64,000 nucleotides of DNA from an uncultured Gemmatimonadales bacterium (GCA_963798085.1 CAWCRS010000007.1:224001-288000), one strand, 5' to 3'. Numbered from the stretch's first letter, positions 39,038 to 49,693 are shown. The notes: generated from the letters alone by a model not told the origin. Numbers and translations are program-made.

Positions 39038-40584
39038 TCATCCAGGGCACGCACCGCACGAGCGATGTGCGGGAGCAAGCCGACGTTGCCATTGTCGGCA
39101 CCGGGGCTGGTGGAGCGACGCTGGGCGCGTTCCTCAGCGATCACGGCTGGAACGTCGTCATGCTTGAGCGCGGCGGCTTCTTCAGGGCGGAGGATTTCAC
39201 GCAGCGCGAGGACGAAGCCATGGTCGCCTTCAACGGGCGACGGGGCCTCGATTCGACCATCGATAACGCGATATTTCTGAACTACGCCGAGGCTGTGGGC
39301 GGCTGCACCGTGCACTACTGGGGCGATTCCTTCCGTACGCCCCACGACCGGCTGGAGCGCTGGCAAAGCGAGCACGGCCTCGACTGGATGACGCCGGGCG
39401 AACTGGATCCGCACTGGGACGAGATCGAGAAGCAGCTGGGGATTCACGTCACCGAGGAGCGGCTGCTCAACGAGAACAACCGTCTGGTCCGCAAAGGCTG
39501 CGAGGCGCTGGGCATCGAAGGCGCACCGCCGCCCACGGCGCGCGTCGACTGCATTGGCTGCGGCTGGACGCAGTTCGGCTGCGCCTACAATGCCAAGACC
39601 TCGCAGCTCATTACCACGATTCCGCGCATCTCGAAGGCGGGCGGCCGCGTGTACAGCGATGCGCACGCCGATCACATCGTGGTGGAGAACGGGCGCGCGG
39701 TCGCGGTCGAGGGCACGCTGGTGGAGCGTGGCACGCACACGCGGCGCGCCAGATTCCGGGTCGATGCCGAAGTCATCGTGCTGGCGGGCGGATCACTGGG
39801 CACGGCGGGTCTGCTGCTGCGCAACTTCCCGGACGAGCCCGCGGTGGGCCGGCGTTTCTACCTCAACCCGCACTATTTCGTCTGGGCGGATTTTGGTCGC
39901 GAGATCGACAATGCCACGGGCATCCCGTGCGCCTACGTGGTGCACGGTTTCCGCGAGCTGAAGACGGACGCTCGCGGCAATTACGCGGGCGGCGGCTACA
40001 TCATGCTGAGCAATCATCAGTCGCCCGGCATTGCAGCCGCCATGTTCTCGGCGCTGGGCGCGGACCACACCGCGATGATGCGGAAGTGGCACCAGTTCGG
40101 CTCTGTCATGTCGGTCATCGATGAGGCCAATCCGGGGCGCGTCTTCCTGGGCCGCGACGGCATCCGGCGCACCGAGTACAACGTGCGCGGCATCGATCAG
40201 CACAAGGCGGTCGACTATCTGCGCAATGCCAGTCGCATCTTCCTGGCGGCCGGGGCACGGGAAGTACGCATTCCGGACGTATACGGCACGGTCGTGCGTA
40301 ACGAGCGTGACGTGCTGGAGAAGATCCAGCTGCGGTCGGTGCAGCCTAACGCGCAATTCTGCGCGGGCAGCCACCTGCTGGGCACGGCACCCCTGGGTGC
40401 GGATGCCGCCGATTCCTTCGCCGGCCCCACCGGCGAGGCGCACCGGGTACGCGGACTGTACGTCGCCGACGGTTCGGCACTGCCCGGGTCCGTGTCGGTC
40501 GACCCATCGCTCAGCATCATGGGCGTGGCGCGCTGGATCGCGAGCGGCATCCACGAACGCCACGGCAGGGCTGGCAGCACGTGA
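39034..40584 (+). CDS. GMC-family flavin oxidoreductase
   Basis: IVGTGAGG, VGGCTVHY, CIGCGWTQFGC, HLLGT, GLYVADGSALPGSVSVDPSLSI. Confidence 0.92.
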   Translation: MIIQGTHRTSDVREQADVAIVGTGAGGATLGAFLSDHGWNVVMLERGGFFRAEDFTQREDEAMVAFNGRRGLDSTIDNAIFLNYAEAVGGCTVHYWGDSFRTPHDRLERWQSEHGLDWMTPGELDPHWDEIEKQLGIHVTEERLLNENNRLVRKGCEALGIEGAPPPTARVDCIGCGWTQFGCAYNAKTSQLITTIPRISKAGGRVYSDAHADHIVVENGRAVAVEGTLVERGTHTRRARFRVDAEVIVLAGGSLGTAGLLLRNFPDEPAVGRRFYLNPHYFVWADFGREIDNATGIPCAYVVHGFRELKTDARGNYAGGGYIMLSNHQSPGIAAAMFSALGADHTAMMRKWHQFGSVMSVIDEANPGRVFLGRDGIRRTEYNVRGIDQHKAVDYLRNASRIFLAAGAREVRIPDVYGTVVRNERDVLEKIQLRSVQPNAQFCAGSHLLGTAPLGADAADSFAGPTGEAHRVRGLYVADGSALPGSVSVDPSLSIMGVARWIASGIHERHGRAGST

Positions 40585-41279
40585 TTCCAGCGCTGGCCGG
40601 CGTTGATTATCCACCTGCCCCGGCGTGGTCCGTGCTCGAGGAATTCCTGCACTCTAACACGCAGTTTGGAGCGCCCGCACTGTGCCCCGAGGTTTCCGTG
40701 TACAGCGCGGATTCGCTGGTGCGCGTCTGGGAGGCAGCGGAGGCGCTGGCCGGCACCACGCTGCCGGCGCCCTTCTGGGCGTTTCCCTGGCCGGCCGGGG
40801 TAGCGCTGGCGCGCATCATCCTGGACGAGCCTGGGCTGGTGGCAGGCAGACGGGTCGTCGATATGGGCGCGGGGGGCGGCATCAGCTGCCTTGCCAGTGC
40901 GCATGCCGGCGCAGCGCACGTCACCGCCTGCGATGTGGATCCCTGGGCGCTCGCCGTTACGCGCAGCGCTGCCGCCCGGCAGAATCTGCGCATCGCGACC
41001 GTGCTGGCCGATGCCGTTGCCGAGCCTGCGGTACTGCGGGATGCGGACGTGGTGCTGTGTTGCGACCTCGGCTACGACCGTACCCGCGCGCCGCTGGAGC
41101 GCGCCGTGCTGCAAGCTGCGCACGCCCGAGGTGCAACGCTGCTGGTAGCGGATGCGGGTCGCAAATACTTCGACGCCGCCGGCCTCGAGCTGATTGCTCA
41201 GCTTACGGTGCCCGTGGTGCAGGATCTCGAGGGTGCGAGCGAGCGCCTGACACGGGTTTATCGTCTGCGGGAACCGTAA
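40581..41279 (+). CDS. SAM-dependent protein methyltransferase (METTL20/PrmA-like)
   Basis: PFWAFPWPAGVALAR, VVDMGAGGG, CDVDP. Confidence 0.85.
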   Translation: MIPALAGVDYPPAPAWSVLEEFLHSNTQFGAPALCPEVSVYSADSLVRVWEAAEALAGTTLPAPFWAFPWPAGVALARIILDEPGLVAGRRVVDMGAGGGISCLASAHAGAAHVTACDVDPWALAVTRSAAARQNLRIATVLADAVAEPAVLRDADVVLCCDLGYDRTRAPLERAVLQAAHARGATLLVADAGRKYFDAAGLELIAQLTVPVVQDLEGASERLTRVYRLREP

Positions 41280-41507
41280 CTGCGTTGCCGGGGCCGGGTG
41301 CGGGAGCCCGGTGCCCGGGAACTGCCGGCAATGCGGTTCGTGGGGCTGGGGAAGGGTCGGGGCTGGGAACGGGTTGGGCACTGATCGGCGGCCGGCTCAC
41401 GCCGCCGCTTGGTCGACCCGCTGAGCGCACCGTAGCCGTGAAATCACTCTGTTCCTGCCGCCGTCGCGGAACACGAGTTGCGGCGAGAATGAGAGAAGCC
41501 CTGACCC

Positions 41508-42215
41508 TCAGGGTGCGGTCGCGACGTAGAGGCCACGGCCCATCAGGCCGACGGGGTCGTGCGTAACACGCAGTCCGGCTGTGTCGAATGCGGAGAGCAT
41601 CTCCGCCACCGTGAACAGGCCCAGCTCGTGGACTTCGGATGCACGCCGGATCCCTTCCGGCGAACCGATCAGGTACTCGAATTCAATGATCGAAATCCGT
41701 CCGTCGACAAGGGCGCGGCTCATGCGGCAGATGCTGGTGCCCTCGTAGTGGGCGGTGTTCATCGCGACATGGCCGGGCCGCCACGCGGTGGGCTCGAACC
41801 ACGGCTCGACGATGATGATGCCGTCCTGCCGAAGGTGCTGCTTCATGCTGCGCAGTGCGCTGACCACGTTTTGCAGCGTGCGCACATAGCCGATCGAGCT
41901 GAACAGGCAGAGGACCGCATCGTATTGCCGGCCCAGGTCGAAGGCCGTCATGTCCGCGACTGCAAACCTGCCAGCCGGATTCTTGGCCCGCGCGACGTCG
42001 ATCATCCCCGGATCGAGGTCGATACCGTCGACGTGATAGCCGTAGTCCGCTGCCAGGAGCCGCGCGTGCTCGCCTGTGCCACAGGCAACATCGAGCAGTT
42101 CTTTCGCCAGCGGCAGACGCTGCTGCAACAGGCTGGCGAGCGCGGCAGTTTCCTTCGCGTAGTCCTTGAATGCCGCGTAGATCGCGTCATACAGATCGGC
42201 TGTCTTGTCAAACAT
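41508..42215 (-). CDS. Class I SAM methyltransferase (TylM1/DesVI-like)
   Basis: LYDAIY..KDY, LLDVACGTGEH, DMTAFDLG, CLFSSIGY, VEPWF, GRGLYV. Confidence 0.9.
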   Translation of the reverse strand: MFDKTADLYDAIYAAFKDYAKETAALASLLQQRLPLAKELLDVACGTGEHARLLAADYGYHVDGIDLDPGMIDVARAKNPAGRFAVADMTAFDLGRQYDAVLCLFSSIGYVRTLQNVVSALRSMKQHLRQDGIIIVEPWFEPTAWRPGHVAMNTAHYEGTSICRMSRALVDGRISIIEFEYLIGSPEGIRRASEVHELGLFTVAEMLSAFDTAGLRVTHDPVGLMGRGLYVATAP

Positions 42216-42429
42216 GCGATTGCGACCCGTCACCACGCGCGACAGTGCCCTTCTGCAACGGGAGCCTCATGTCGTCTCGTGTACCAGAAGTTCCCGTTCG
42301 CCGGGAACGGGCAGGCGAGCGGTGATGGACCCAGTCTGCCGCCGCGCCGGCCGCTGGCGCTTCCGAGTGGGGCTGCCAACGCCGCGCGATTGCAGGCCGC
42401 GGCGCCGCGGACGTACCGGCCGTGCGATT

Positions 42430-42978
42430 CTACTTCGGGACGGCCGCAATGCACTCGATCTCGACACGCGCGCCCGCCGGCAGGCCGGCGACGGCGATGG
42501 CGGAGCGCGCGGGCGGCGGGTCCGGCTGGAAGAACTGCCCGTAGACCTCGTTCATCGCGGTATAGTCGGCGATGTCGGCGAGGAATACGGTGCACTTCAC
42601 CAGGTCGCGGGGCGCGACGCCTGCTGCGGTGAGCAGGTTGCGCAGGTTCTCGAGCGCCTGTTTCACCTGCTCCTTGAAGTCGGGTGAAAGCCCTGCGCCG
42701 GGGCGGGAGCCGATCTGGCCGGAGAAGAAAATCAGGTCGCCGACCCGCACGCCCGGCGAATAGGGCGCGAGCCGGTTGGCGCCGGGAGGCGCAATGATCT
42801 GTTTGCCGCCCCCGCCGGGCGCGCCGGCTGCGGCCGCGCCGCCAGTTGTGCGTCCGCCGCCACCCGAGGCGCAGGCAGCGAGCGCCAGCGCCAGCAACGC
42901 CTTGCCGGGATGCCGGCAACGCTGGAAGGCGGAGGCCGGAGTGTGGTGCTCCGAGGGCCGGAGCGTCGCCTGATTCAT
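42430..42978 (-). CDS. RidA/YjgF family imine deaminase with lipoprotein-like N-terminus
   Basis: APYS, SGQI, VKCTVFLAD, MNEVY, PPARS, LPAGARVEIECIA; N-terminal LLALALAAC. Confidence 0.88.
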   Translation of the reverse strand: MNQATLRPSEHHTPASAFQRCRHPGKALLALALAACASGGGGRTTGGAAAAGAPGGGGKQIIAPPGANRLAPYSPGVRVGDLIFFSGQIGSRPGAGLSPDFKEQVKQALENLRNLLTAAGVAPRDLVKCTVFLADIADYTAMNEVYGQFFQPDPPPARSAIAVAGLPAGARVEIECIAAVPK

Positions 42979-43919
42979 AGCACCTCCTTCATGCGTTGCA
43001 GGTCCACGTTGCCACCACTCGCCACCACGACGACGCGGGAATACGGCGCATGCACCCGACCCGCCAGGAGCGCGGCGAGGCCGGCGGCGCCGGACGGCTC
43101 GACCACCAGCTTGGCGCGCGTGAAGATCAGCTTCATGGCCTCGGCAATGTGGCGATCCTCGACCGTCACGACGTCGTCCACGTATTCGAGGGCGTGGCGC
43201 AGTGGTGCTTCCGCGGTGGAGGGCGGCGCCAGCCCGTCAGCGATGGTGCTGATGCGGTCGAGCCGCACGACATGGCCCGCATCGAGGGCCGCGCGCAGGC
43301 CAGCCGCTCCTTCGGGCTCGACACCGATCACCCTGGCCTCCGGACGCACCGACTTGACCGCCGCCGCGATGCCGGCGAGCAGGGCGCCGCCGCCCACGGG
43401 CACGAGCACGACATCCACTTCGGGCAGGTCCTCGACGATCTCGAGGCCGGCCGTGCCGTGGCCCGCGATCACGCCCTCATCATCGAAGGGGTGCAGCATT
43501 GTGTAGCCGTGCTCACGCTGCAATTCCTCCATTTTCGCGAAGGCTGCCCAGGTATCGCCATGCAGGACGACATTGCCGCCGTAACTGCGGGTGGCCTCGA
43601 CCTTCGTGGGGTTGGCATGGGCCGGCATCACGATGGTGCTCGTGATACCGGCCGCAGTGGCCGCATAAGCGACAGCCTGCGCGTGATTTCCCGCCGAAAT
43701 CGTAATCAGCCCGCGAGCCCGCTCTTCCGCACCCATCAGGCCGATGCGGTTGAAGACTCCGCGCACCTTGAACGAGCCGGTCTTCTGGAAGGCCTCCGCC
43801 TTGAGCCAGAGCCGCGTGCCTGTCATGGCGCCGAGGGAACTGCTCGCCAGCAGCGGGGTGCGGTGAACACGCCCGGCGATCCGCTCCCTGGCTTCGAGAA
43901 TGTCGGGCAGCCGTACCAT
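42975..43919 (-). CDS. Threonine/serine dehydratase (PLP, catalytic domain only)
   Basis: KAEAFQKTGSFKVRG, SAGNHAQAVA, HPFD, VPVGGGALL, EPSGA, SGGN. Confidence 0.93.
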   Translation of the reverse strand: MVRLPDILEARERIAGRVHRTPLLASSSLGAMTGTRLWLKAEAFQKTGSFKVRGVFNRIGLMGAEERARGLITISAGNHAQAVAYAATAAGITSTIVMPAHANPTKVEATRSYGGNVVLHGDTWAAFAKMEELQREHGYTMLHPFDDEGVIAGHGTAGLEIVEDLPEVDVVLVPVGGGALLAGIAAAVKSVRPEARVIGVEPEGAAGLRAALDAGHVVRLDRISTIADGLAPPSTAEAPLRHALEYVDDVVTVEDRHIAEAMKLIFTRAKLVVEPSGAAGLAALLAGRVHAPYSRVVVVASGGNVDLQRMKEVL

Positions 43920-44234
43920 TTGCGCCTTGTCTTCCGGATGACGAAGCGCGACAAGCTGATCCGGCGCAGGCCGGGAAGCAAGCCGAGCCGGTCCCGTCCG
44001 CGGGATGCCGGCAGCGGTGGCGACCCGGCCGCCACCAGACCGGACGAAATCGGGCATCGGGCAGGCTTCATGTCGATCCGTCGGCCCGGGCGCGGCATTG
44101 GTTCGAGACCTGCGGTCCCATGGGTCCAAACCCTGGCTCGCGCCGGCGTGGGAGGAGCGGTTGTCACCTCACCGCCTTTACGGGCTGAACGCGGAAGGGC
44201 AGATTGTCAGCACACATTGAAGACGAAAGGAACC

Positions 44235-45425
44235 ATGCCGCGAAAGCGCGTGGAACTGCGCACCAATTCGCGCGTCGGTTCGATGAACGGGCCGCGCTCG
44301 GAGGCGAGGCTGGAGCAGGAAACCCTGGGCTTCGCCGATGATTCCCGCGCCACGGCGTTCCGCGAATTCCTGGAGCGCCATCGCGACGAGACCCACATTG
44401 TGGCGCTGCAGGACTTCCCGGATCCGGACGCGATCGCGGCTGGCCTGGCCTATCGCATTCTGGCGGGGACGTTCGGGATCACCGTCGACATCGTCTACGA
44501 TGGCCGGGTCAGCCACCAGGAGAACCTGGCGCTCATCCACGTGCTGGAGATCCCGCTCACGCGTTTCAGCGATTCACTGCCGCTGGAGCGGTACGAAGGC
44601 TCGGTCTTCATCGACAACCAGGGCACCACCACGCGCCTGACGGACCGGCTGGAGGAAGCGGGGGTACGCGCGCTCGCGGTGATCGACCATCACACGCGCC
44701 AGGAACTGCTCACACCGGAGCTGGTCGACATCCGCCCGGTGGGCGCGGCGGCCACGATCTTCGCGGACTACCTGCGGAGCGGCGAGGTCCTCACGCTGGA
44801 CCGGGAGAATCCGGAGCATGCGGCGCTGGCTACCGCGCTCATGCACGCGCTGCGCAGCGAGACCAACGGCTTCATGCGCGCGGGACCGGAGGAATACGCC
44901 GCGGGCGAATTCCTGAGCCACTTCCACGATCGCGACCTGGTCGAGAAGATCCTGCGCGTGCAGCGCTCGCGCGGAACCATGGACGTCATCAATCTGGCCC
45001 TGTCGGGGCGGCTGGTAACGGAGGGCTTCTCGATTGCGGGTGTCGGCTATGTCCGGCCGGCGGATCGAGACGCGATACCGCAGGCGACAGACTTCCTGTT
45101 AACGGAAGAGAACGTCAATACGGCGATCGTCTACGGCATACTCTCCGGTGAAGGCGAGCGCGAAATCGTCGTCGGCAGCGTGCGCACGACTCGCTTGACG
45201 CTCGATGTCGACCAGTTCATCAAGAGCGCACTGGGTGCGGATGCGCGCGGCCGCTATTACGGCGGGGGGCGCAGTGGTGCGGGCGGTTTCGAGATCCCGG
45301 TCGGATTCCTCGAGGGATCGGCCGAGGCGGACCAGATGAAGCTGAAGTGGGAGGCGTTCAACGCCCAGATCCGCGTCCGCCTGCTGCGCGCCGCCGGCAT
45401 CGACCAGCCCGAAGACGAGGACTGA
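44235..45425 (+). CDS. DHH/DHHA1 phosphoesterase (NrnA-like)
   Basis: QDFPDPDA, IDNQ, IDHH, GGGRSGAGG. Confidence 0.88.
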   Translation: MPRKRVELRTNSRVGSMNGPRSEARLEQETLGFADDSRATAFREFLERHRDETHIVALQDFPDPDAIAAGLAYRILAGTFGITVDIVYDGRVSHQENLALIHVLEIPLTRFSDSLPLERYEGSVFIDNQGTTTRLTDRLEEAGVRALAVIDHHTRQELLTPELVDIRPVGAAATIFADYLRSGEVLTLDRENPEHAALATALMHALRSETNGFMRAGPEEYAAGEFLSHFHDRDLVEKILRVQRSRGTMDVINLALSGRLVTEGFSIAGVGYVRPADRDAIPQATDFLLTEENVNTAIVYGILSGEGEREIVVGSVRTTRLTLDVDQFIKSALGADARGRYYGGGRSGAGGFEIPVGFLEGSAEADQMKLKWEAFNAQIRVRLLRAAGIDQPEDED

Positions 45426-45719
45426 GCGCGTCGCACCCGGACCTTCCATTGTCGCCTGAATTCTGTCAGCGGATTGCAGGCGACGACAGCGCCGCCGCTC
45501 TGCGTCGCGTTCCCCCCGACCGCTTTTCATGGATACGTTCGGCGACGCTCACGCCGACCCGGATGCATGCCGTCGAACGGCCGGAGTTCGTTCGCGCCCG
45601 CTGAAAAGGTTCCGGCTGTTGTTCTCCCGGGTGGTGCATGGCGCCGGCCGGGTCACGTTGGCGCCGGCTGCATTCCCGGCCACGGCCCGGGTCAGACTAC
45701 GGCCTGCGGCTGGCGCTTC

Positions 45720-46347
45720 TCAGGGCTCGACGCGCCACTCGCAGACCTGGTCGCCGTGCGCAACGCAGCGGTTGTGCGTGACGGAAACGGGTCGGCCCGC
45801 GTAGATGCGCACCAGCTCATTCGAGCGCGCCCGTGTACAGCACGCAGGCGTTAATGTCGAGTTGGGCGGTGAACGCCGGCTGCAGGCGCAGCACGAGTGG
45901 TTTGCCGACGATGTCCAGCCGGGCATTGCCGGCCATGCCGCGGATCAGGCGACGCGCAGCGCGGCGAATGGGCAGGAACACGAGCGTATGGGAGCGGCGC
46001 AGCAGTCGTGCGGTGAAGGGAGCGCGCTCACCAAGGCTGCGGCGCGCGACGCGCTGACCGGTCTGCCAGAGAATCGCTTCGGCATCGGGTCGGCGCAGCA
46101 CCAGTTGCAGCAGATTCGTCAGCTCGGCGACGGGTATGCGTGTGCCGGCGTTGACGGCAGCCTCGTAGCGACTGATCTGCGTCGAGACGACGCCGGTGAG
46201 CCCGAGCCGGCGAGGAAGGCTGACGCTCAGGTCCTCGGCTTCCAGGATCTCTCCCGGATGGTCCTGGTCCCGTACCGTCTCGAGCAGTGACAGCGGCAGA
46301 ATGGGCAGCACGTGCCCGCGTATCTCGTCCGTCGTAGCGCTGGCCAC
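45720..46347 (-). CDS. V4R-like domain protein (frameshifted near 45820)
   Basis: ORF 45817-46413 ends ACVLYTGALE; removing one base continues ELVRIYAG..HNRCVAHGDQVCEW, the V4R C..G...C pattern. Confidence 0.7.
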
Positions 46348-46890
46348 CGGTGCCTGCGTTCGGGGAATCAAGCGCGCCGGCACTCGACCGGCACGCTCGG
46401 CAAGACGCCTCATCCAGCCACGCGGAATCTGCGCACGGGGTAACGCTGCGGCAACGCCTTGCGCACAGCAGTCAGGTCCATTCCGGGATTGTCACGTCCC
46501 GTTGTCGTCCGGAATCCGGCCGCTGGCGCGACCCGCCCGCAGCCCGTCTGCGCGCCAGCACGTCAACTCGCCGGGTGGTTCGCATGCGGCGACCCGAATC
46601 AGACGGGTGAAGAAGAGCCGGCGACGGGTCAGTTTCGGTGATTGGCTCCTCTGGCATGAACAGGGTCGCTCAAACCTGACCGCGCGCGCATTCGGCGCAA
46701 TCGGGGGTCCTTTCTCCAAGTCGTTGCACCGGCCCGCGAGCGGCCGGGATGCTGGGGATAGGGGTTGAAGGAGAAGCAGGCGGCGTAGTAATGGGTGGGG
46801 TGGTGGGAAGGTGGAAGCGAAGTGGGTCGTGTTAACGGCCTGTCTTTTCATCCCCATGCGGGAGATATGAGCGGCGATTAGCTTGTGCTC

Positions 46891-48021
46891 ATGCAACGAT
46901 ACCCTGGCATTGATCCGCCGGAATATGCGGCCTGGAAGCCGGAGCGACGGCTGGTGGCGGAATACCGGAAGCGGGTCCAGTCGGACCCGGCGCGGCGGGC
47001 GGTGGTGCGTACGCTGACGGAGGCGCAGTTGCTCGGGCTCTACGCCGGGCTGGTGCGCTTCCGCGTGCACGATTACACGCTGAAGCGCTGGGTGAAGCGC
47101 GGCGTCATTTCGAAGGCGTGGCTGGGCACGGGCGAGGAGGCGGTGACTGTGGGGAGTGTGCACGCGCTGGACCGGGAGCGCGATGTGGTCGCGCCCATGA
47201 TCCGCAATGCGGGTGCGTGTCACGAGATGGGCATGCCGCTGGAGACCATGTTCGCGGGGGTTCTGGGGACGGGTGACGGGCCGAATCACGGGGTGGATGG
47301 ACATTTCGGTGATCTGCTGCACGGCGTTCTGCAGCCGATCTCGCATGTGGGCGTGATGGTGCCGGTCGTGACGGGTATGGCGCAGGCGTTCGCGTTACGG
47401 CGGGAGCCGCGCGTGGCGCTGACGTGGGTCGGTGACGGCGCGACCAAGACGGCGGCGGTGCATGAGGGGCTCAATCTCGCGGGAGTGCTGCGCGTGCCTG
47501 CGGTGTTCATCCTGCAGAACAACCAGGTGGCGCTGGGCACGCGGCTGGACCAGCATCAGGCGGGGGACTTTCACGCGTGGCCCGCGATGTACGGCCTGGC
47601 GGGCGGACAGGCGGACGGCAACAACGTGCTCGATGTGTGGGCGGCGACGCGACTGGCCGCGGATCGCGCCCGCGAAGGCGGTGGCGCCACGCTGCTCGTG
47701 GTCGAGACGTTCCGCATGGGTGGTCACGCGACGCACGATGAAGCGGAGGCGCGCGACACGTTTGCGCCCGAGCTGTTTGCGGCGTGGGGTCGGCGTGATC
47801 CGATTGGTCTGTACGAGGAGCATCTGGCAAACGAAGGCATCGCACGCGAGCGGCTGGCCGAAATCGAGGGGACTGTGACAGCCGAGGTCGAAAGTGCGGC
47901 AGAGCGCGCGCTCGTTTCCCGCGAGGCGCGCATGCCCCAGGGCCCGCAGGTGGAGTACGCAGGCTTCAGCGCGGGGGTGCGTCAGCCCGGCCTGACAGCG
48001 CGGCTGGGAACGGAAGCGTGA
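46891..48021 (+). CDS. TPP-dependent 2-oxoacid dehydrogenase E1 alpha subunit
   Basis: GTGEEA, GDGAT..HEGLNLA..NNQ TPP motif, DGNN, RMGGHATHD. Confidence 0.9.
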   Translation: MQRYPGIDPPEYAAWKPERRLVAEYRKRVQSDPARRAVVRTLTEAQLLGLYAGLVRFRVHDYTLKRWVKRGVISKAWLGTGEEAVTVGSVHALDRERDVVAPMIRNAGACHEMGMPLETMFAGVLGTGDGPNHGVDGHFGDLLHGVLQPISHVGVMVPVVTGMAQAFALRREPRVALTWVGDGATKTAAVHEGLNLAGVLRVPAVFILQNNQVALGTRLDQHQAGDFHAWPAMYGLAGGQADGNNVLDVWAATRLAADRAREGGGATLLVVETFRMGGHATHDEAEARDTFAPELFAAWGRRDPIGLYEEHLANEGIARERLAEIEGTVTAEVESAAERALVSREARMPQGPQVEYAGFSAGVRQPGLTARLGTEA

Positions 48022-48198
48022 TACGGGCTCTGCGCTCTGGTCACGAGTTATGACTCGACGAACACGAACGGGGTTCGGAGGCGGCCGGGAAAGCAGATCC
48101 CTCGTGTCAGATCCCGTTGCAGCCGCACAGACTGAACATGCCGACGCGAACCCGGCGCCGCATCGTCGCCTGCACCCTGCGGCTCCCGCATCGGCACG

Positions 48199-48531
48199 AT
48201 GATCGATCCGCGCACTGATCCGCTCAAGATCGGGCCCAGCGAGGATGGCGCGCGCCTCGTCATCGAATGGCGTGACGGGCATCGCTCGGAATACCTGCCG
48301 CGCTGGTTGCGCCTGCACTGTCCATGTGCCGGCTGCATCGAGGAAATGACCGGCCGCCCGCTGCTCAACCCGCGCGCCGTCCCACCCGACGTGTATCCGC
48401 TGGACATCCGATACGTCGGCCGCTACGCCCTGACCTTCGACTGGAGCGACGGCCACTCGACCGGCATCTATCCGTTCGAGCTGCTGCGCTCCATCTGTCA
48501 GTGTCCGGAGTGCATTGTCAGGGAGTCCTGA
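48199..48531 (+). CDS. DUF971/GBBH-like N-terminal domain protein
   Basis: WRDGHRSEY, LRLHCPCAGC, VGRYAL..WSDGHSTGIY. Confidence 0.9.
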   Translation: MIDPRTDPLKIGPSEDGARLVIEWRDGHRSEYLPRWLRLHCPCAGCIEEMTGRPLLNPRAVPPDVYPLDIRYVGRYALTFDWSDGHSTGIYPFELLRSICQCPECIVRES

Positions 48532-48674
48532 ACTGCGTTTCTGGGGCTGGGGCTGGGGATACGGACGACCGTTCAGTCCATGCGACGCCGTTTCTCGAGC
48601 AACCAGCCCCAGCAACCCGCGCCAGCAACGCCGTTCAATGCATAATCTGTAAATGCGGAGGCAGAAGAATGGAC

Positions 48675-49278
48675 CTAGAGTCCGGCTGCCTCGAGGATCT
48701 CGAGGAACTGTGTGAGAATCCGGTGTGTCAGGCCCCAGATCACGTAGTCCTGGAAGATGAGGGACGGGAAGGAGAACCGCGCGCCGCCGCGTTCGAAGTG
48801 GAACTGCGAGAATGGCGCTGTGATCGCGGAGGGCGGCGAGGGGGATCCAGGTCGCGTGCACGACTTCGGTGGGGTTGGGTGTGGGCTCGGTACCGGGTGG
48901 AACAGCGACGACCCATGGTGAAATGACGATGGGTGGAAGCCGCGTCGTAGCCGGCTCGACATCATCGAGGCGGCCGAGGAGTGCGCCGTTCTGCGCGATC
49001 TCGATACCCGTCTCTTCAACGGTCTCGCGCAGCGCGGTGGTGGCGAGGTCGGGATCGAGGGTGCTGCGGCGACCGCCGGGAAAAGCGACGTGTCCGGACC
49101 ACGGATCGCCGGCGCGCTCGGCGCGGCGGATGAACAGCAGTTCGAGCTCCCGTGCAGGTCGCAGCAGGAGCGCGACGGCGGCCTGCGCAACGGCGTCAGA
49201 CTGCGGCAATCCGGAGAGCCGGGCGATGCGGCCGGCGAGCGCGAGACGCACGCGCGTGATGCGTTCATCGGCGAGCAT
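48675..49278 (-). CDS. Nudix CoA pyrophosphatase (frameshifted near 48810)
   Basis: AAV, WSGHVAFPGG..ALRETVEETG in one frame; C-terminal IWGLTHRIL in another. Confidence 0.85.
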
Positions 49279-49354
49279 GATGCAGAGTAACGCGCGGCGG
49301 CGGGCACGCGCCATTCACGCCGAACCGCGGCCGTAACAGCCGTGTATACGGGTC

Positions 49355-49693
49355 ATGCGACGCGGCAGTGAAGGGGCGACACAGCGCGCCGGGATCTTCG
49401 AGCGTGATGCGTTCCGCTGCGCGTACTGCGGACGCGTCCTGCCGGAGGAGGAATTGACGCTCGATCACGTGGAGCCGCGCGTGCGTGGTGGCGACAACTC
49501 GCCGGGCAACCTGGTCACGTGCTGCATCGACTGCAACACGGCAAAGGCCGGTGAAGCTGCGTGGTCCTGGCTGGCGAGGAACGCGGAGCTGCGGGAGAAT
49601 TTTCTGCGGCACGCGGTCCACGTGTGGCCCCGTCTCCGGCGCGCGGTCGAGGAGGCCGCGCTAAACAACGGGTCACGTCGTCCGAAGCTCTAA
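49355..49693 (+). CDS. Stand-alone HNH endonuclease (McrA-like fold)
   Basis: IFERDAFRCAYCG, LTLDHVEP..GG..NLVTCCIDCNTAK. Confidence 0.9.
   Translation: MRRGSEGATQRAGIFERDAFRCAYCGRVLPEEELTLDHVEPRVRGGDNSPGNLVTCCIDCNTAKAGEAAWSWLARNAELRENFLRHAVHVWPRLRRAVEEAALNNGSRRPKL

Noticed and set aside
42996..44234. Apparent N-terminal half of an 809-aa DHH fusion
   Set aside because: It is antisense to the threonine dehydratase; the DHH protein starts at about 44235.
46350..46885. Small gene or ncRNA in the ~540-bp divergent gap
   Set aside because: ORFs lack RBS or motifs and the hairpins are imperfect; nothing supportable.
47395..48800. Long C-terminal extension of the Nudix ORF (639 aa)
   Set aside because: Frameshift artefact that overlaps real plus-strand genes.
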